Origin: Pseudomonadota bacterium
GTDB lineage: Bacteria; Pseudomonadota; Alphaproteobacteria; Paracaedibacterales; CAIOTO01
NCBI GenBank assembly: GCA_040387495.1
Contig: JAZKDQ010000010.1
Location: forward strand, 50,749-70,748
DNA: 20,000 bases
Direction: 5' to 3'
Made by a program: the position numbers and the translations under genes. Under the pieces are notes generated by a model. That model was not told the DNA's origin, did no database searches, and saw nothing but the letters and a program-made list of their open reading frames with translations. This document shows positions 1 to 10,046 of the stretch, one piece after another; the stretch's first letter is position 1; each line of letters begins with the position of its first letter.

Positions 1-2
1 GT

Positions 3-245
3 TTTCAAGATTTGGTTCAAATATCTTGTTTCAGTTCAAAGGATGCGAAACAGCAAATTTGTAAATCAAAGGTATTGCTCCTAGACATTCGTCACATTAT
101 TTTATATCAATCTTTTGATTATGACCTGCGTGAGAAAATAATGATGCGTGCAGATGCTGTTGTAAACTATATAAATTCTTTTATGAATACTCTATACAGA
201 GATGAATCAAATGTGCTTACACAGCAGCTTGTTGCGTGTGCATAA
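3..245 (+). CDS. Partial hypothetical protein (3' end; frame runs off the left edge)
   Basis: Frame is open from position 3 (TTT CAA GAT TTG...) to TAA 243-245 and is followed by a terminator-like hairpin at 315-348. No recognisable motif. Confidence 0.5.
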   Translation, partial: FQDLVQISCFSSKDAKQQICKSKVLLLDIRHIILYQSFDYDLREKIMMRADAVVNYINSFMNTLYRDESNVLTQQLVACA

Positions 246-314
246 TATATGGATGAGCTTAAGCAGTAGTGTAGCTATTTCCCTGTAATTTGACTGATCC
301 TACTAATACCCTCT

Positions 315-348
315 CCCTCGCAATTATGCAATTGTAGAGGGTTTTTTT
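315..348 (+). terminator. Rho-independent terminator candidate
   Basis: Imperfect stem CCCTCGCAATT/AATTGTAGAGGG followed by T7 (342-348). Confidence 0.7.
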
Positions 349-518
349 GCGTGTACAGTCATGATGAATGTTATTTTAGCATATTCTTTTTTAATTACTC
401 TGGGCATTAAAATGAGAGTAATGGCCATTCTTCTGCTCGTGCTCTTTAGGGCTTTATACAGGTAAGGAAAAGTAGGAACAATGGATTGGAGGAGGGGGGG
501 CGGTAATAGTTTTTGTGT

Positions 519-565
519 GGATCCTCGGGGGTGCTTGGTGCAGTATATCCTTTGACGCCCGAGGA
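519..565. repeat. GC-rich palindromic (REP/RPE-like) element
   Basis: Perfect 8-bp inverted repeat TCCTCGGG (522-529)/CCCGAGGA (558-565). The arms resemble, from memory, alphaproteobacterial GGATCCTCGGGTCAAGCCCGAGGA-type palindromes, here with a longer central segment. Confidence 0.45.
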
Positions 566-637
566 AAATTAAAGTGAAGATGGATTAGAAAAGCACTATC
601 TTTGAAAAAATGCTTGGAGTGTGCATTATATTAAGTG

Positions 638-1372
638 TTATGCGAGCAATCCTTGTGATCGACTAGGTAAAACAACGGATTGAGCCCAATAACGTGCTAA
701 GGCATCAATGCTATTTTGAAAAACATCAAAGTCAAAGGGTTTGCAAATATAACCTGCAGCATACGCTTTGTAACATGAAATCATTTCTTGGAAATTAATG
801 CTATTCGTCATGATAATAACGGGGATATCGCTAATATCTCGGTCACGTTTGATTTCGCGTAATACGGTGGCACCATCACGCTTTGGGATGTTTAAATCAA
901 GTAAGATAATATCAGGTCTTGGAAAATCGACGGAAGTGCATTTGTTACGTAAAAAGTCCAAAGCTGCCACACCATCATGTACCGTAAACAAGTTTACAGC
1001 GACTGAGCTCTCAGAAAAAGCACGCCGTGTAAGAAGTTCGTCAGCTGCATCATCCTCAACAAGCAGAATGTGAAGCGTGCTTTCACGATCAGGTATTATG
1101 ACGTCCCCAGATAAGCGTTCAGTTTTCTTTTTAAATGCGGAGAAACCTTGAAAAAAATAACTTGGTTCAACGCCAAGTATTTCTCCTAGTTGGTAAAGTG
1201 TTATTGCAGCAATCCGTGACTGAGCTTGCTCATATTTCTGAATTTGCTGATGCGAAACACCTAGCTTTTCAGCGAGATCTGTTAATGTTAAGCTTAGCTT
1301 TTGACGTTTCTCACGGAGACGTCTCCCGATATAGCTATCAAGATCTTTTTGCTGATCGTTTGAATCTATCAT
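638..1372 (-). CDS. XRE-family HTH fused to a C-terminal response-regulator receiver domain
   Basis: N-terminus IGRRLREKRQKLSLTLTDLAEKLGVSHQQIQKYEQAQSRI is HTH_3-like. C-terminus has ILLVEDD, PDIILLDLNIP (phosphoacceptor Asp), VIIMTNS and YICKP, an Rcp1-like receiver with intact catalytic residues. Confidence 0.92.
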   Translation of the reverse strand: MIDSNDQQKDLDSYIGRRLREKRQKLSLTLTDLAEKLGVSHQQIQKYEQAQSRIAAITLYQLGEILGVEPSYFFQGFSAFKKKTERLSGDVIIPDRESTLHILLVEDDAADELLTRRAFSESSVAVNLFTVHDGVAALDFLRNKCTSVDFPRPDIILLDLNIPKRDGATVLREIKRDRDISDIPVIIMTNSINFQEMISCYKAYAAGYICKPFDFDVFQNSIDALARYWAQSVVLPSRSQGLLA

Positions 1373-1805
1373 ATTTTATCCTTTGTAAGTCAATATTAAG
1401 TTCGAAATAATTATTGAGTTAATTTGTAATAAATAATGTTGTATTTTAATATTCCAAAGCAATTTATTTTTTATTTGAGATAAAATTATAAAATCTTATT
1501 TCATACGTCCAGTAACAATCATAGTTAGATTACACACTCAAATTCTAAAAACATATGTATGTAATCGGTAGAATATATCAATTTGCTCTGTGGCTTAAAA
1601 AGAAATACTTATTTTTTTTCAACCAACTCAATAAAAAGAAGGATAATTTTTAACAATCAAGGTCTCTATTAGTAATTTTTCCTGGAATTTTATGTGTTCT
1701 GATTAAATCTTATAAATATTTCTAATTTAATATATTCATACTTAGTGGTATTTTTTATTTAAAGAATTTTATTTTTAATAAAGCAGTCATTAAGGAGTGT
1801 GTATC

Positions 1806-2549
1806 ATGAATATAACATCACAAACAGCTGCCTACACGCACTATTTTCAGAACATTCAAGAATCATATGGAAATGGAAATTTTCTTGACGCCATTATTTT
1901 TGATTGTGACGGTGTTCTTGTTGACAGCGAAGAGAGCGGCAATCGTATTGAGGTAGAAGAATTGAGGAGCCATGGCTGCTCAATTAGTGTCGAAGACTAT
2001 AATGCTCGCTTCGCGGGGAGAACAACGAAAGATGCTTTTGAGATTCTAGCCAATGAAAACAATGTTATTTTTCATCCAGGCTTCGTGAAGTCCGTTGAAA
2101 AGAAAACATTGGCAGTGCTGGAAAAAGAAGCATTTTGTATACCTGGTATTAGAGAAACGTTGGAAAAGATTAACTTGCCTAAAGCAGTTGTATCAAATGC
2201 TTATAACGAAAAGCTACATGCATTATTAAGGATAAATAATCTATTGCCATATTTTGATGGTCATATCTATAGCGCCGACCTTGTTGAGCATCCAAAACCA
2301 TATCCTGATGTTTATGAGCTTGCTGCACGTGAAATGAGCATAATACCAGAAAGATGTCTTGTTATTGAGGATAGTGAGGCAGGAGTTAAAGCTGCAAAAG
2401 CAGCAGGAATGCATGTGTTTGGGTTTTTTGGTGGCTCTCACCATGATGCCAACTATGCGAAGGTACTGGAGGAAGCCGGTGTGGAAGTTGTATTTAATGA
2501 CATGTCAGTTTTGCCCAAGTTAGTGGCATTTTATATTCCCACTATCTGA
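1806..2549 (+). CDS. HAD-IA family hydrolase/phosphatase
   Basis: Motif I IIFDCDGVLVDSE, motif II VVSN, motif III KPYPDVY, motif IV VIEDSEAGVKAA. SD AAGGAG at 1792-1797 favours ATG 1806 over the track's GTG 1797. Confidence 0.92.
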   Translation: MNITSQTAAYTHYFQNIQESYGNGNFLDAIIFDCDGVLVDSEESGNRIEVEELRSHGCSISVEDYNARFAGRTTKDAFEILANENNVIFHPGFVKSVEKKTLAVLEKEAFCIPGIRETLEKINLPKAVVSNAYNEKLHALLRINNLLPYFDGHIYSADLVEHPKPYPDVYELAAREMSIIPERCLVIEDSEAGVKAAKAAGMHVFGFFGGSHHDANYAKVLEEAGVEVVFNDMSVLPKLVAFYIPTI

Positions 2550-2656
2550 AGAAATATATTTCGTATTTAAGCGATATTTTAAGTATTAATTCAACTAGAA
2601 AATGAGTTTATTTGATGGTAGTTCTGATTTATTGGTCTTAGAAGAGATATTTAATC

Positions 2657-4111
2657 ATGTCTGAAATAAAGTCTTTTGATGTAACAAAAAAGCAGTATGT
2701 GCAGGACGAAAGCAAATTCGCTCCTGGCGAAAAAAAAGCAATTGCAATTGTATTAACTGGTAATTTTCTTGAATATTTTGATTTGATGCTTTTTAGCCAT
2801 TTGGCCTTTGTTATCTCGCCATATTTTATGCCAAAAGAGGATCCTCTTGTTGCAAAGATGCTTAGTATACTTACGTTTTGTTCTGCATTTGCAGTTAAGC
2901 CATTAGCTGCGTATTTTTGGGGTTATTTGGGAGATAATTTTGGTCGTGTTGTTGTTTTATCTTACACAACAATTATCATGGCGCTGACGTGTATGTTGAT
3001 TCCTAATATACCGCCGTATGCTGAATGGGGAATTTATTCCACAGTAGCGATAATTATGTGCCGTATGCTGCAAGGGTTTAGTTCGGCTGGCGAGTCGAAA
3101 TGTGCCGAGGTATTTATTGTTGAGATTCTGCCTAATCTCCCTAAGATTTTTATAGCATCAGTTCTTGTGCCTATTACATGCGATTTAGGTGGGTTCTTTG
3201 CGGCTATTATTGGCAGCCTATGTCTTGCATTCTCGCCAGAAGAAGGGTGGAAAATTGCATTTTATGTGGGTGCAGCCATTGCATTTTCATCATCACTCTC
3301 GCGATTGAAGTTACGTGAGACGAAAGAGTTTCTTAACAAAATAAATCATTCAAAGAAAACAGAAACGCCGCTAAGGCAATATTTTGAACGTCGAAATTTT
3401 ATTGCTTTGTTAGGTTTGAATTTAATTTGTCCAACTGCATTTTATTTTGCATATAGTGTGTGTTCAGATCTTCTTAAAGAAAAAGTTGGTCTTAGTGCAA
3501 GTACCATTGTTTTCAACAATTCATTTCTTTTATTATCAGAGATCTTTTTTTTATTATTTTGCGCCCGCCTTGCTTCTCGTCATCACCCCTTTTTGATTTT
3601 AAAAGTAAGAACTTATGCATCGTTTGTTTTGATGCCCTTAAGCTTTATTGCCATTTTATTTTATCCGAATCACTTTACGATTTTTATGACACAAGTCATT
3701 GCTATTCTTTCTACGGCTAGCTTTGACCCTGCAGCACCTATTGTTATAAAGTCCTTTGGTATCAGCACGCGTTTTTCAAAATACGCAAAAGCCTCTGCGT
3801 TTGCAAAAGCAATTATGTATCTTTCAACAGGGTACTTAACATTTTACCTTGAAAAGTTATTTGGTCTATGGGGTGTTCTTGGGTTGTTACTTTTCTTCTC
3901 AGGTATTTTTCTCGTGTCATTATATGTGTTTGTGCCCGCCGATAAAATGACAGAGACATATAAAAATTATTTAAACAAAAAAGGACTGTATTTTAGTCAA
4001 TTAGACGATGATAGTGTAGATTTGTCAGAATTTAATAATGATGAAAAAGCTAAAAGCCCCGACTTCAATAAACATCAGCAAAATCTTTTAAAACGTTGGC
4101 TTGCTCAGTAA
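2657..4111 (+). CDS. MFS transporter, metabolite:H+ symporter (ProP-like), divergent paralog
   Basis: GNFLEYFDL in TM1, GYLGDNFGR motif A, CRMLQGFS, RLKLRETKEF after TM6, about 12 hydrophobic segments, acidic C-terminal tail. Confidence 0.9.
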   Translation: MSEIKSFDVTKKQYVQDESKFAPGEKKAIAIVLTGNFLEYFDLMLFSHLAFVISPYFMPKEDPLVAKMLSILTFCSAFAVKPLAAYFWGYLGDNFGRVVVLSYTTIIMALTCMLIPNIPPYAEWGIYSTVAIIMCRMLQGFSSAGESKCAEVFIVEILPNLPKIFIASVLVPITCDLGGFFAAIIGSLCLAFSPEEGWKIAFYVGAAIAFSSSLSRLKLRETKEFLNKINHSKKTETPLRQYFERRNFIALLGLNLICPTAFYFAYSVCSDLLKEKVGLSASTIVFNNSFLLLSEIFFLLFCARLASRHHPFLILKVRTYASFVLMPLSFIAILFYPNHFTIFMTQVIAILSTASFDPAAPIVIKSFGISTRFSKYAKASAFAKAIMYLSTGYLTFYLEKLFGLWGVLGLLLFFSGIFLVSLYVFVPADKMTETYKNYLNKKGLYFSQLDDDSVDLSEFNNDEKAKSPDFNKHQQNLLKRWLAQ

Positions 4112-4307
4112 TTTTGTCCTTTTAGCTCACTTTTCAGTTTTCTATGAGCCATTCTGTTGCTCTACAGAGTTTTGCTGGGGAGAACAAGCCTTAACCTTAA
4201 TTAACTATTCTCCTTTTAGATGAATAACACTACGTGTTTTCAACTTTCATATTGTGCCGGATATGTACTAAATGAAATCTATGAAGCCTGAAAGATGAGG
4301 GTTTAAA

Positions 4308-5699
4308 TTGAGCATTTTTAAATCATTAAGTCGCGAACAAAAAGAAGCCGTTGGATTGCTACAAATCGGCACTTTTCTAGAATATTTTGATTTGATGCTA
4401 TATGTACATATGGCTGTTGTGCTGAATGAGATATTTTTTCCAAAAACTGACCCTCATACCGCATCACTTATCGCGGCTTTTGCTTTTTGTTCTACCTTTG
4501 TGTTAAGGCCATTTGGTGCACTGCTTTTTGGTTATATTGGTGATCGAATTGGACGTAAGACAACGGTTATTATCACCACTATGATGATGTCAACATCATG
4601 TATTATTATGGCAAATTTACCTACTTATGCGCAGATTGGAATTGCAGCAGCTTGGATTGTAACCATTTGTCGTATCGCTCAAGGGGTGTCATCCATGGGT
4701 GAAATTATGGCAGCTAAGGTTTATATGACTGAAATCACAAAGCCACCTGTTCAGTATCCAGCGGTTTCCTTTATAGGTGTTGCTGGCTCAGTAGGCTCTG
4801 TGGCAGCACTTGGTATTGCGACTCTTGTTACAACTGTTGGCTTTAATTGGCGTATTGCATTTTGGATTGGTGCTGGTATTGCGCTAGTTGGATCGATTGC
4901 ACGAACACGACTTCGGGAAACACCTGAATTTGTTGAGCAAATAAATACATTCAGAATGAAAAGAAAAAATAATGAAAATAAAAAAATAAATACAGAAGCA
5001 TTGTTAGATGAGAATTGCAAAATAAATGACAGTCGAATAAATAAAGCGACAATGGGTGCTTTTTCACTTATTAACTATGGATGGCCAATTTGTTTTTATC
5101 TTGTTTACATGTACTTTAATCCCATTTTGAAAAATAAATTTGGGTACACATCTGAAGATATTATATTTCATAATTTCTTATTATCATTAATTCAGCTTGC
5201 GAGAGTCATTGTGATATCTCTGCTCTCTTATCGAATTCATCCATTAAAAGTCTTAAGATTCTTTGGTATAGTATTCTTCTCTTTTGCTGTTTTTTTTCCA
5301 TATCTTTTGAATAGTGTAACTGAGTGGTATCACATCTTTGCTTTACAAACAATAATATCAATTTTCACCATTGGATCCGTTCCTGCTGATGCGATTCTTA
5401 TTAAGCATTTTCCTGTCCTTAGACGAGTTATGTTGGCAGGTGTTCTATTTTCTTTTGCAGGGGCCATTGCATACATAATCACATCGTTTGGACTCGTCTA
5501 TTTGACAGAATTCTTTGGTCATTATGGCCTGTTGGTTATCACCTTGCCTGTCGCGTTGAGTTATCTCTGGGCGGTTAATCATTATGCAGTCCTTGAAGGT
5601 GTTCCGGTACTGAAGATTTCATCGATGTTTTGCTATAGCCATGAGAAAACTTTAGCGGTTAATCAGACGGAATCACAGAAAATTAAAAACAAAGAATAG
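4308..5699 (+). CDS. MFS MHS-family (ProP-like) transporter, array copy 1
   Basis: GTFLEYFD, GDRIGRK, RIAQGVSSMGE, RTRLRETPEF. TTG start aligns with the ATG starts of the paralogs, with GAGG upstream. Confidence 0.93.
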   Translation: MSIFKSLSREQKEAVGLLQIGTFLEYFDLMLYVHMAVVLNEIFFPKTDPHTASLIAAFAFCSTFVLRPFGALLFGYIGDRIGRKTTVIITTMMMSTSCIIMANLPTYAQIGIAAAWIVTICRIAQGVSSMGEIMAAKVYMTEITKPPVQYPAVSFIGVAGSVGSVAALGIATLVTTVGFNWRIAFWIGAGIALVGSIARTRLRETPEFVEQINTFRMKRKNNENKKINTEALLDENCKINDSRINKATMGAFSLINYGWPICFYLVYMYFNPILKNKFGYTSEDIIFHNFLLSLIQLARVIVISLLSYRIHPLKVLRFFGIVFFSFAVFFPYLLNSVTEWYHIFALQTIISIFTIGSVPADAILIKHFPVLRRVMLAGVLFSFAGAIAYIITSFGLVYLTEFFGHYGLLVITLPVALSYLWAVNHYAVLEGVPVLKISSMFCYSHEKTLAVNQTESQKIKNKE

Positions 5700-5738
5700 C
5701 TTGATTTGATTAATTTACTTTAAAAAAGGATGAAAAAA

Positions 5739-7121
5739 ATGAGCATTTTGAAATCACTAAGTCGCGAACAAAAAGAAGCAGTTGGACTTCTTCAAATAGG
5801 TACATTTCTTGAGTACTTCGATTTGATGTTATACGTGCACATGGCTGTTTTATTGAATGAACTCTTTTTTCCAAAAACAGATCCACATACAGCAGCTCTT
5901 TTATCTTCTTTTGCATTTTGTTCTACGTTTATCTTGCGACCATTTGGCGCGCTTGTATTTGGGTATATCGGTGATAACATTGGTAGAAAAGCAACTGTCA
6001 TTATAACAACGATGATGATGTCGACGTCATGTATTGTTATGGCTACTCTTCCTACGTATGCACAAATTGGTATTTCAGCCGCGTGGATTGTTACAATTTG
6101 CCGTATCGTGCAAGGGCTTTCATCCATGGGTGAAGTAATGGGCGCGTATGTTTACATGACTGAAATCACGAAGCCTCCAGTTAGGTACCCTGCCGTTTCT
6201 TTTATTAGCCTTGCGTCGACGTTAGGTGCTTCGGCAGCCCTTGGTGTGGCGACCTTGGTAACAAAATTTGATATTAATTGGAGAAATGCGTTTTGGATTG
6301 GTGCGGGTATTGCTCTTGTTGGCTCTGTGGCTAGGACAAGATTAAGAGAAACACCTGATTTCATTGAAAGCAAAGCAAAAGCAGAAATTAAAAGACAGAA
6401 AAAACTTGATCTCTTAGTGGCCGAGAGTGGTGAAAAAAGAGAAACAGTCGACAGAAAGACTATACTTGCTTTTTTCTTGATCTACTGCGGAAATCCAGTT
6501 TGTTTTTATCTTTTGTATATATTTTTCAATCCAATTTTAATGTCTAAATATGGATTTTCAGCGAGTGATATAATATTTAATAACTTTTTATTAGCAACGA
6601 TAGATATATTCTCATGTCTTTTTCTTACATTTTTAAGTTATAGTATTTATCCACTTAAAATACTAAAATTAAGGTCATCTTGTTTTATTGTTATGTCCTT
6701 ATTGCTTCCTTTTATGATTTCAAATACGACAAGCTACTATCAGATTTTTGCAGTTCAACTTTTTGTGTTAGCAACATCTTTAGATCCTTACCCAGCCAAT
6801 GGTGTGTTTATCAGGCATATCCCTGTTTTAAGGCGTATGACGGCAACTAGTTTTATCTATGCATTAAGTCGCGCCATTATGTATGTCATCACTTCTTTTG
6901 GTCTTGTGTACCTAACGGACAGCCTTGGTTATTATGGTCTTTGGATTGTTGTTATACCCGTTACTGTTGGCTATATGTGGGCTGTAAGGTATTTTGAAAA
7001 ACTAGAAGGCATAAGCACGTCTGGAACTTTTCCAATAGATGGATATGAAGATAAGTATGTAGATTCGGCGCACACAAGCCAGGAATATGCTCCTCATATT
7101 GAAGGCAAGCAAATTGCATGA
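5739..7121 (+). CDS. MFS MHS-family (ProP-like) transporter, array copy 2
   Basis: Same motifs. AGGA at 5727-5730 and paralog alignment (MSILKSL) favour ATG 5739 over 5730. Confidence 0.93.
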   Translation: MSILKSLSREQKEAVGLLQIGTFLEYFDLMLYVHMAVLLNELFFPKTDPHTAALLSSFAFCSTFILRPFGALVFGYIGDNIGRKATVIITTMMMSTSCIVMATLPTYAQIGISAAWIVTICRIVQGLSSMGEVMGAYVYMTEITKPPVRYPAVSFISLASTLGASAALGVATLVTKFDINWRNAFWIGAGIALVGSVARTRLRETPDFIESKAKAEIKRQKKLDLLVAESGEKRETVDRKTILAFFLIYCGNPVCFYLLYIFFNPILMSKYGFSASDIIFNNFLLATIDIFSCLFLTFLSYSIYPLKILKLRSSCFIVMSLLLPFMISNTTSYYQIFAVQLFVLATSLDPYPANGVFIRHIPVLRRMTATSFIYALSRAIMYVITSFGLVYLTDSLGYYGLWIVVIPVTVGYMWAVRYFEKLEGISTSGTFPIDGYEDKYVDSAHTSQEYAPHIEGKQIA

Positions 7122-7155
7122 CCCAAATTCATAAATAACACAGGGAGATTAAAAA

Positions 7156-8547
7156 ATGGGGATATTAAAATCACTAAGTCGCGAACAAAAAGAAGCAGTT
7201 GGTCTTTTACAAGTTGGCACGTTCTTAGAATATTTTGATTTGATGCTATATGTGCATATGGCTGTTTTGCTGAACGAGCTTTTTTTCCCTAAAACCGATC
7301 CGCATACCGCATCTCTTATTGCAGCTTTTGCTTTTTGTTCTACCTTTGTGTTAAGACCATTCGGTGCACTACTTTTTGGTTATATTGGTGATCGTATCGG
7401 GCGAAAAACAACGGTAATTTTAACCACAATGATGATGTCTGTGTCTTGCGTCATTATGGCAAATCTTCCTACCTATGCCCAAGTTGGTATTTCTGCAGCG
7501 TGGATTGTAACCATCTGTCGCATTGTGCAAGGTTTATCATCAATGGGTGAAATTATGGGTGCACAGGTTTATTTAACGGAAATAACAAAACCGCCTGTTC
7601 AATATCCTGCTGTTTCTTTCATAAGTGTTTCTGCCTCATTAGGTGCTGTGGCGGCGCTTGGTATTGCAAGCCTTGTGACGACTATTGGTTTTAATTGGCG
7701 AATAGCATTTTGGATTGGCGCAGGTGTTGCAGTTGTTGGCTCGATTGCACGAACACGTTTGCGCGAAGCGCCTGAATTCCTTGAAAAATTAAATACGCTT
7801 AAAAATAAGAAAAAAGCAATAATTGAAGCAAAAAAAAGTAACAACGAACCAGCTCTTTCAGGGGAAGCAGCATTAGTATCTGAAAAGATCACTGTTGAGA
7901 ATAATGATAATATTGAAAAAATAGGAAAAAAAACAGCTCTGTCTTTTCTTCTTATCTTTTGCGGATGGCCACTTGGTTTTTATTTAACATATATGTATTT
8001 TAATCCAGCTTTGAAACAAAGTTTTGGTTATTCGGCAGAAGATATTATTTTTCATAATCTTATATTGGCATTGATCCATTTTGCACGTTCATTATTTATG
8101 TGCATTATCTCTTATAGGTTTCATCCTTTAAAGATACTAAATTATACTGGGAAATTATTTCTTATTCTAATCATTTTTATGCCATTTCTTCTAAATAGTG
8201 CTACACACTATTATCATATTTTTGTTATACAAACAGCAATTGTATTATTTTCTATTGGGTCTATGCCTGGCAATGCCATCTTTGTTAAGCATTTCCCTGT
8301 TCTCAAACGAGTCACGGCAACGAGTGTGCTATCTTCGATGACGCGCGCGGTCGTGTATATCCTTACATCATTTGGTCTAGTTTATTTGACAGAGTTCTTT
8401 GGTTATTATGGATTGTGGGTAATTACGTTGCCTGTCACATTAAGTTACTTATGGGCAATAAATCACTATGCAGCTCTTGAGGGTATGCAGCTTACAAAAA
8501 TCTCATCATTGTTTGCACGCAAGGATAAAGATATGCATCTCATGTAA
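7156..8547 (+). CDS. MFS MHS-family (ProP-like) transporter, array copy 3
   Basis: Same motifs, GGAG SD upstream. The frame continues 15 codons beyond the TAA to a second stop at 8593-8595. Confidence 0.93.
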   Translation: MGILKSLSREQKEAVGLLQVGTFLEYFDLMLYVHMAVLLNELFFPKTDPHTASLIAAFAFCSTFVLRPFGALLFGYIGDRIGRKTTVILTTMMMSVSCVIMANLPTYAQVGISAAWIVTICRIVQGLSSMGEIMGAQVYLTEITKPPVQYPAVSFISVSASLGAVAALGIASLVTTIGFNWRIAFWIGAGVAVVGSIARTRLREAPEFLEKLNTLKNKKKAIIEAKKSNNEPALSGEAALVSEKITVENNDNIEKIGKKTALSFLLIFCGWPLGFYLTYMYFNPALKQSFGYSAEDIIFHNLILALIHFARSLFMCIISYRFHPLKILNYTGKLFLILIIFMPFLLNSATHYYHIFVIQTAIVLFSIGSMPGNAIFVKHFPVLKRVTATSVLSSMTRAVVYILTSFGLVYLTEFFGYYGLWVITLPVTLSYLWAINHYAALEGMQLTKISSLFARKDKDMHLM

Positions 8548-8623
8548 GGAAGCCAGAGCAAACCTTATCAAAATGAAGATAAAAGAATTGCATAAAAATA
8601 ACTTAATTTTAAATAAGGATTAA

Positions 8624-10015
8624 ATGATGAGCATTTTTAAATCACTAAATCGCGAGCAAAAAGAAGCCGTCGGTTTGCTGCAGATAGGCACATTTCTCGA
8701 ATATTTTGATTTAATGCTGTATGTGCATATGGCTGTTTTGCTAAATGAGATATTTTTTCCAAAAACGGATCCTCATACAGCATCGCTTATAGCGGCCTTC
8801 GCCTTTTGCTCAACGTACGTTTTGCGCCCCTTTGGCGCTATTTTATTTGGTTATATTGGCGATCATATTGGGCGAAAAACAACTGTTATTATTACAACGT
8901 TAATGATGTCGGTATCGTGTGCCGTTATGGCGAATTTACCCACCTACGCGCAAATTGGTATTACCGCAACGTGGATTATTACCATATGTCGCATTGTGCA
9001 AGGATTATCATCAATGGGTGAAATCATGTGTGCAAAGGTTTACCTGACTGAAATAACAAAGGCGCCAGAGCAATATCCTGCTGTTTCAATGATTACTGTT
9101 GCTTCATCATTAGGTGCTGTGGCGGCGCTTGGTGTTGCAACACTTGTTACAACAGTCGGGTTTAATTGGCGAATTGCTTTTTGGATTGGGGCAGGTATTG
9201 CAGTTATAGGATCTATCGCCCGAACGCGATTACGTGAAACACCTGAGTTTCTAGCGAAGATGTATGAACGCAAGAATAAAGCAGAAGCAAAAGCAGAAGC
9301 AAATGGAATAGAAAAATCTGTCTTTTCTAATGATAAAATTAAAAAAAGAACAATGTTTGCCTTTTTTGTAACATCATGTGGCGGACCTTTAACCTTTTAT
9401 ATTGTGTATATGCATTTCAATCCTCTCTTAAAACATTCATTTGCATACTCTTCTGAAAATATCATTCTGCATAATCTATATTTATCTTTGATACAAGTAT
9501 CAGTATGCATACTTTTCGCTGTGATGAGTTATCGAATTCATCCATTAAGAATAATGAAACTTGGAATTTCGTGCCTTGTAGGCTTGATTCTTATGCTTCC
9601 AATTATAATCCCTAACATAACGCATCCATATCAACTGTTTGCTTTGCAATCAATGTTCCTGCTTCTTTTCTTGTCAGATACGCCAGCCGCATCTATTTTT
9701 ATAAAACAATTTCCAGTACTAAGGCGTGTAACAGCAACAAGCTTTTTATATGCACTCGCGAGAGCGCTTATGTATCCAATCACATCATTTGGTCTTATTT
9801 ATTTAACAAATTTCTTTGGGATTTATGGGCTCTGGTTGATTATGTTGCCAATTGCTGGCGGATATTTATGGGCTACCAATCACTATGCAAGTCTTGAAGG
9901 CGTTACAGGCTTTGAAATTTTTTCAATGTTTGGAGAAAAGGATAAACCCTCAGAAGGTCTCAAACAAAACCATAAAGAAGAAAATAATCAGACCGTAAAT
10001 AAAAAATTGGCTTAA
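8624..10015 (+). CDS. MFS MHS-family (ProP-like) transporter, array copy 4
   Basis: Same motifs. AAGGA upstream of ATGATG (start 8624 or 8627). Confidence 0.93.
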   Translation: MMSIFKSLNREQKEAVGLLQIGTFLEYFDLMLYVHMAVLLNEIFFPKTDPHTASLIAAFAFCSTYVLRPFGAILFGYIGDHIGRKTTVIITTLMMSVSCAVMANLPTYAQIGITATWIITICRIVQGLSSMGEIMCAKVYLTEITKAPEQYPAVSMITVASSLGAVAALGVATLVTTVGFNWRIAFWIGAGIAVIGSIARTRLRETPEFLAKMYERKNKAEAKAEANGIEKSVFSNDKIKKRTMFAFFVTSCGGPLTFYIVYMHFNPLLKHSFAYSSENIILHNLYLSLIQVSVCILFAVMSYRIHPLRIMKLGISCLVGLILMLPIIIPNITHPYQLFALQSMFLLLFLSDTPAASIFIKQFPVLRRVTATSFLYALARALMYPITSFGLIYLTNFFGIYGLWLIMLPIAGGYLWATNHYASLEGVTGFEIFSMFGEKDKPSEGLKQNHKEENNQTVNKKLA

Positions 10016-10046
10016 CTTTAAGCTGCTTTAAGAAAGGAAGAAAAAA

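Noticed and set aside
798..1410. Plus-strand ORFs 798-1073 and 1135-1410, and similar small ORFs nested in other long genes
   Set aside because: They overlap well-supported genes and have no recognisable motifs.
4191..4205. TTAACCTTAATTAAC as a CtrA box upstream of the array
   Set aside because: Spacing between outer half-sites is N6, not N7, and the background is AT-rich.
4751..9273. Recurring antisense ORFs in the transporter copies (4751-5020, 5792-6127, 6152-6373, 7599-7892, 9040-9273)
   Set aside because: They are shadows of the conserved sense-strand codons of the paralogs; starts and lengths are inconsistent.
4308..10015. Four paralogs all listed as exactly 463 aa
   Set aside because: Partly an artefact of start choice (5730 vs 5739, 8624 vs 8627) and tail mutations; loop and tail lengths differ.
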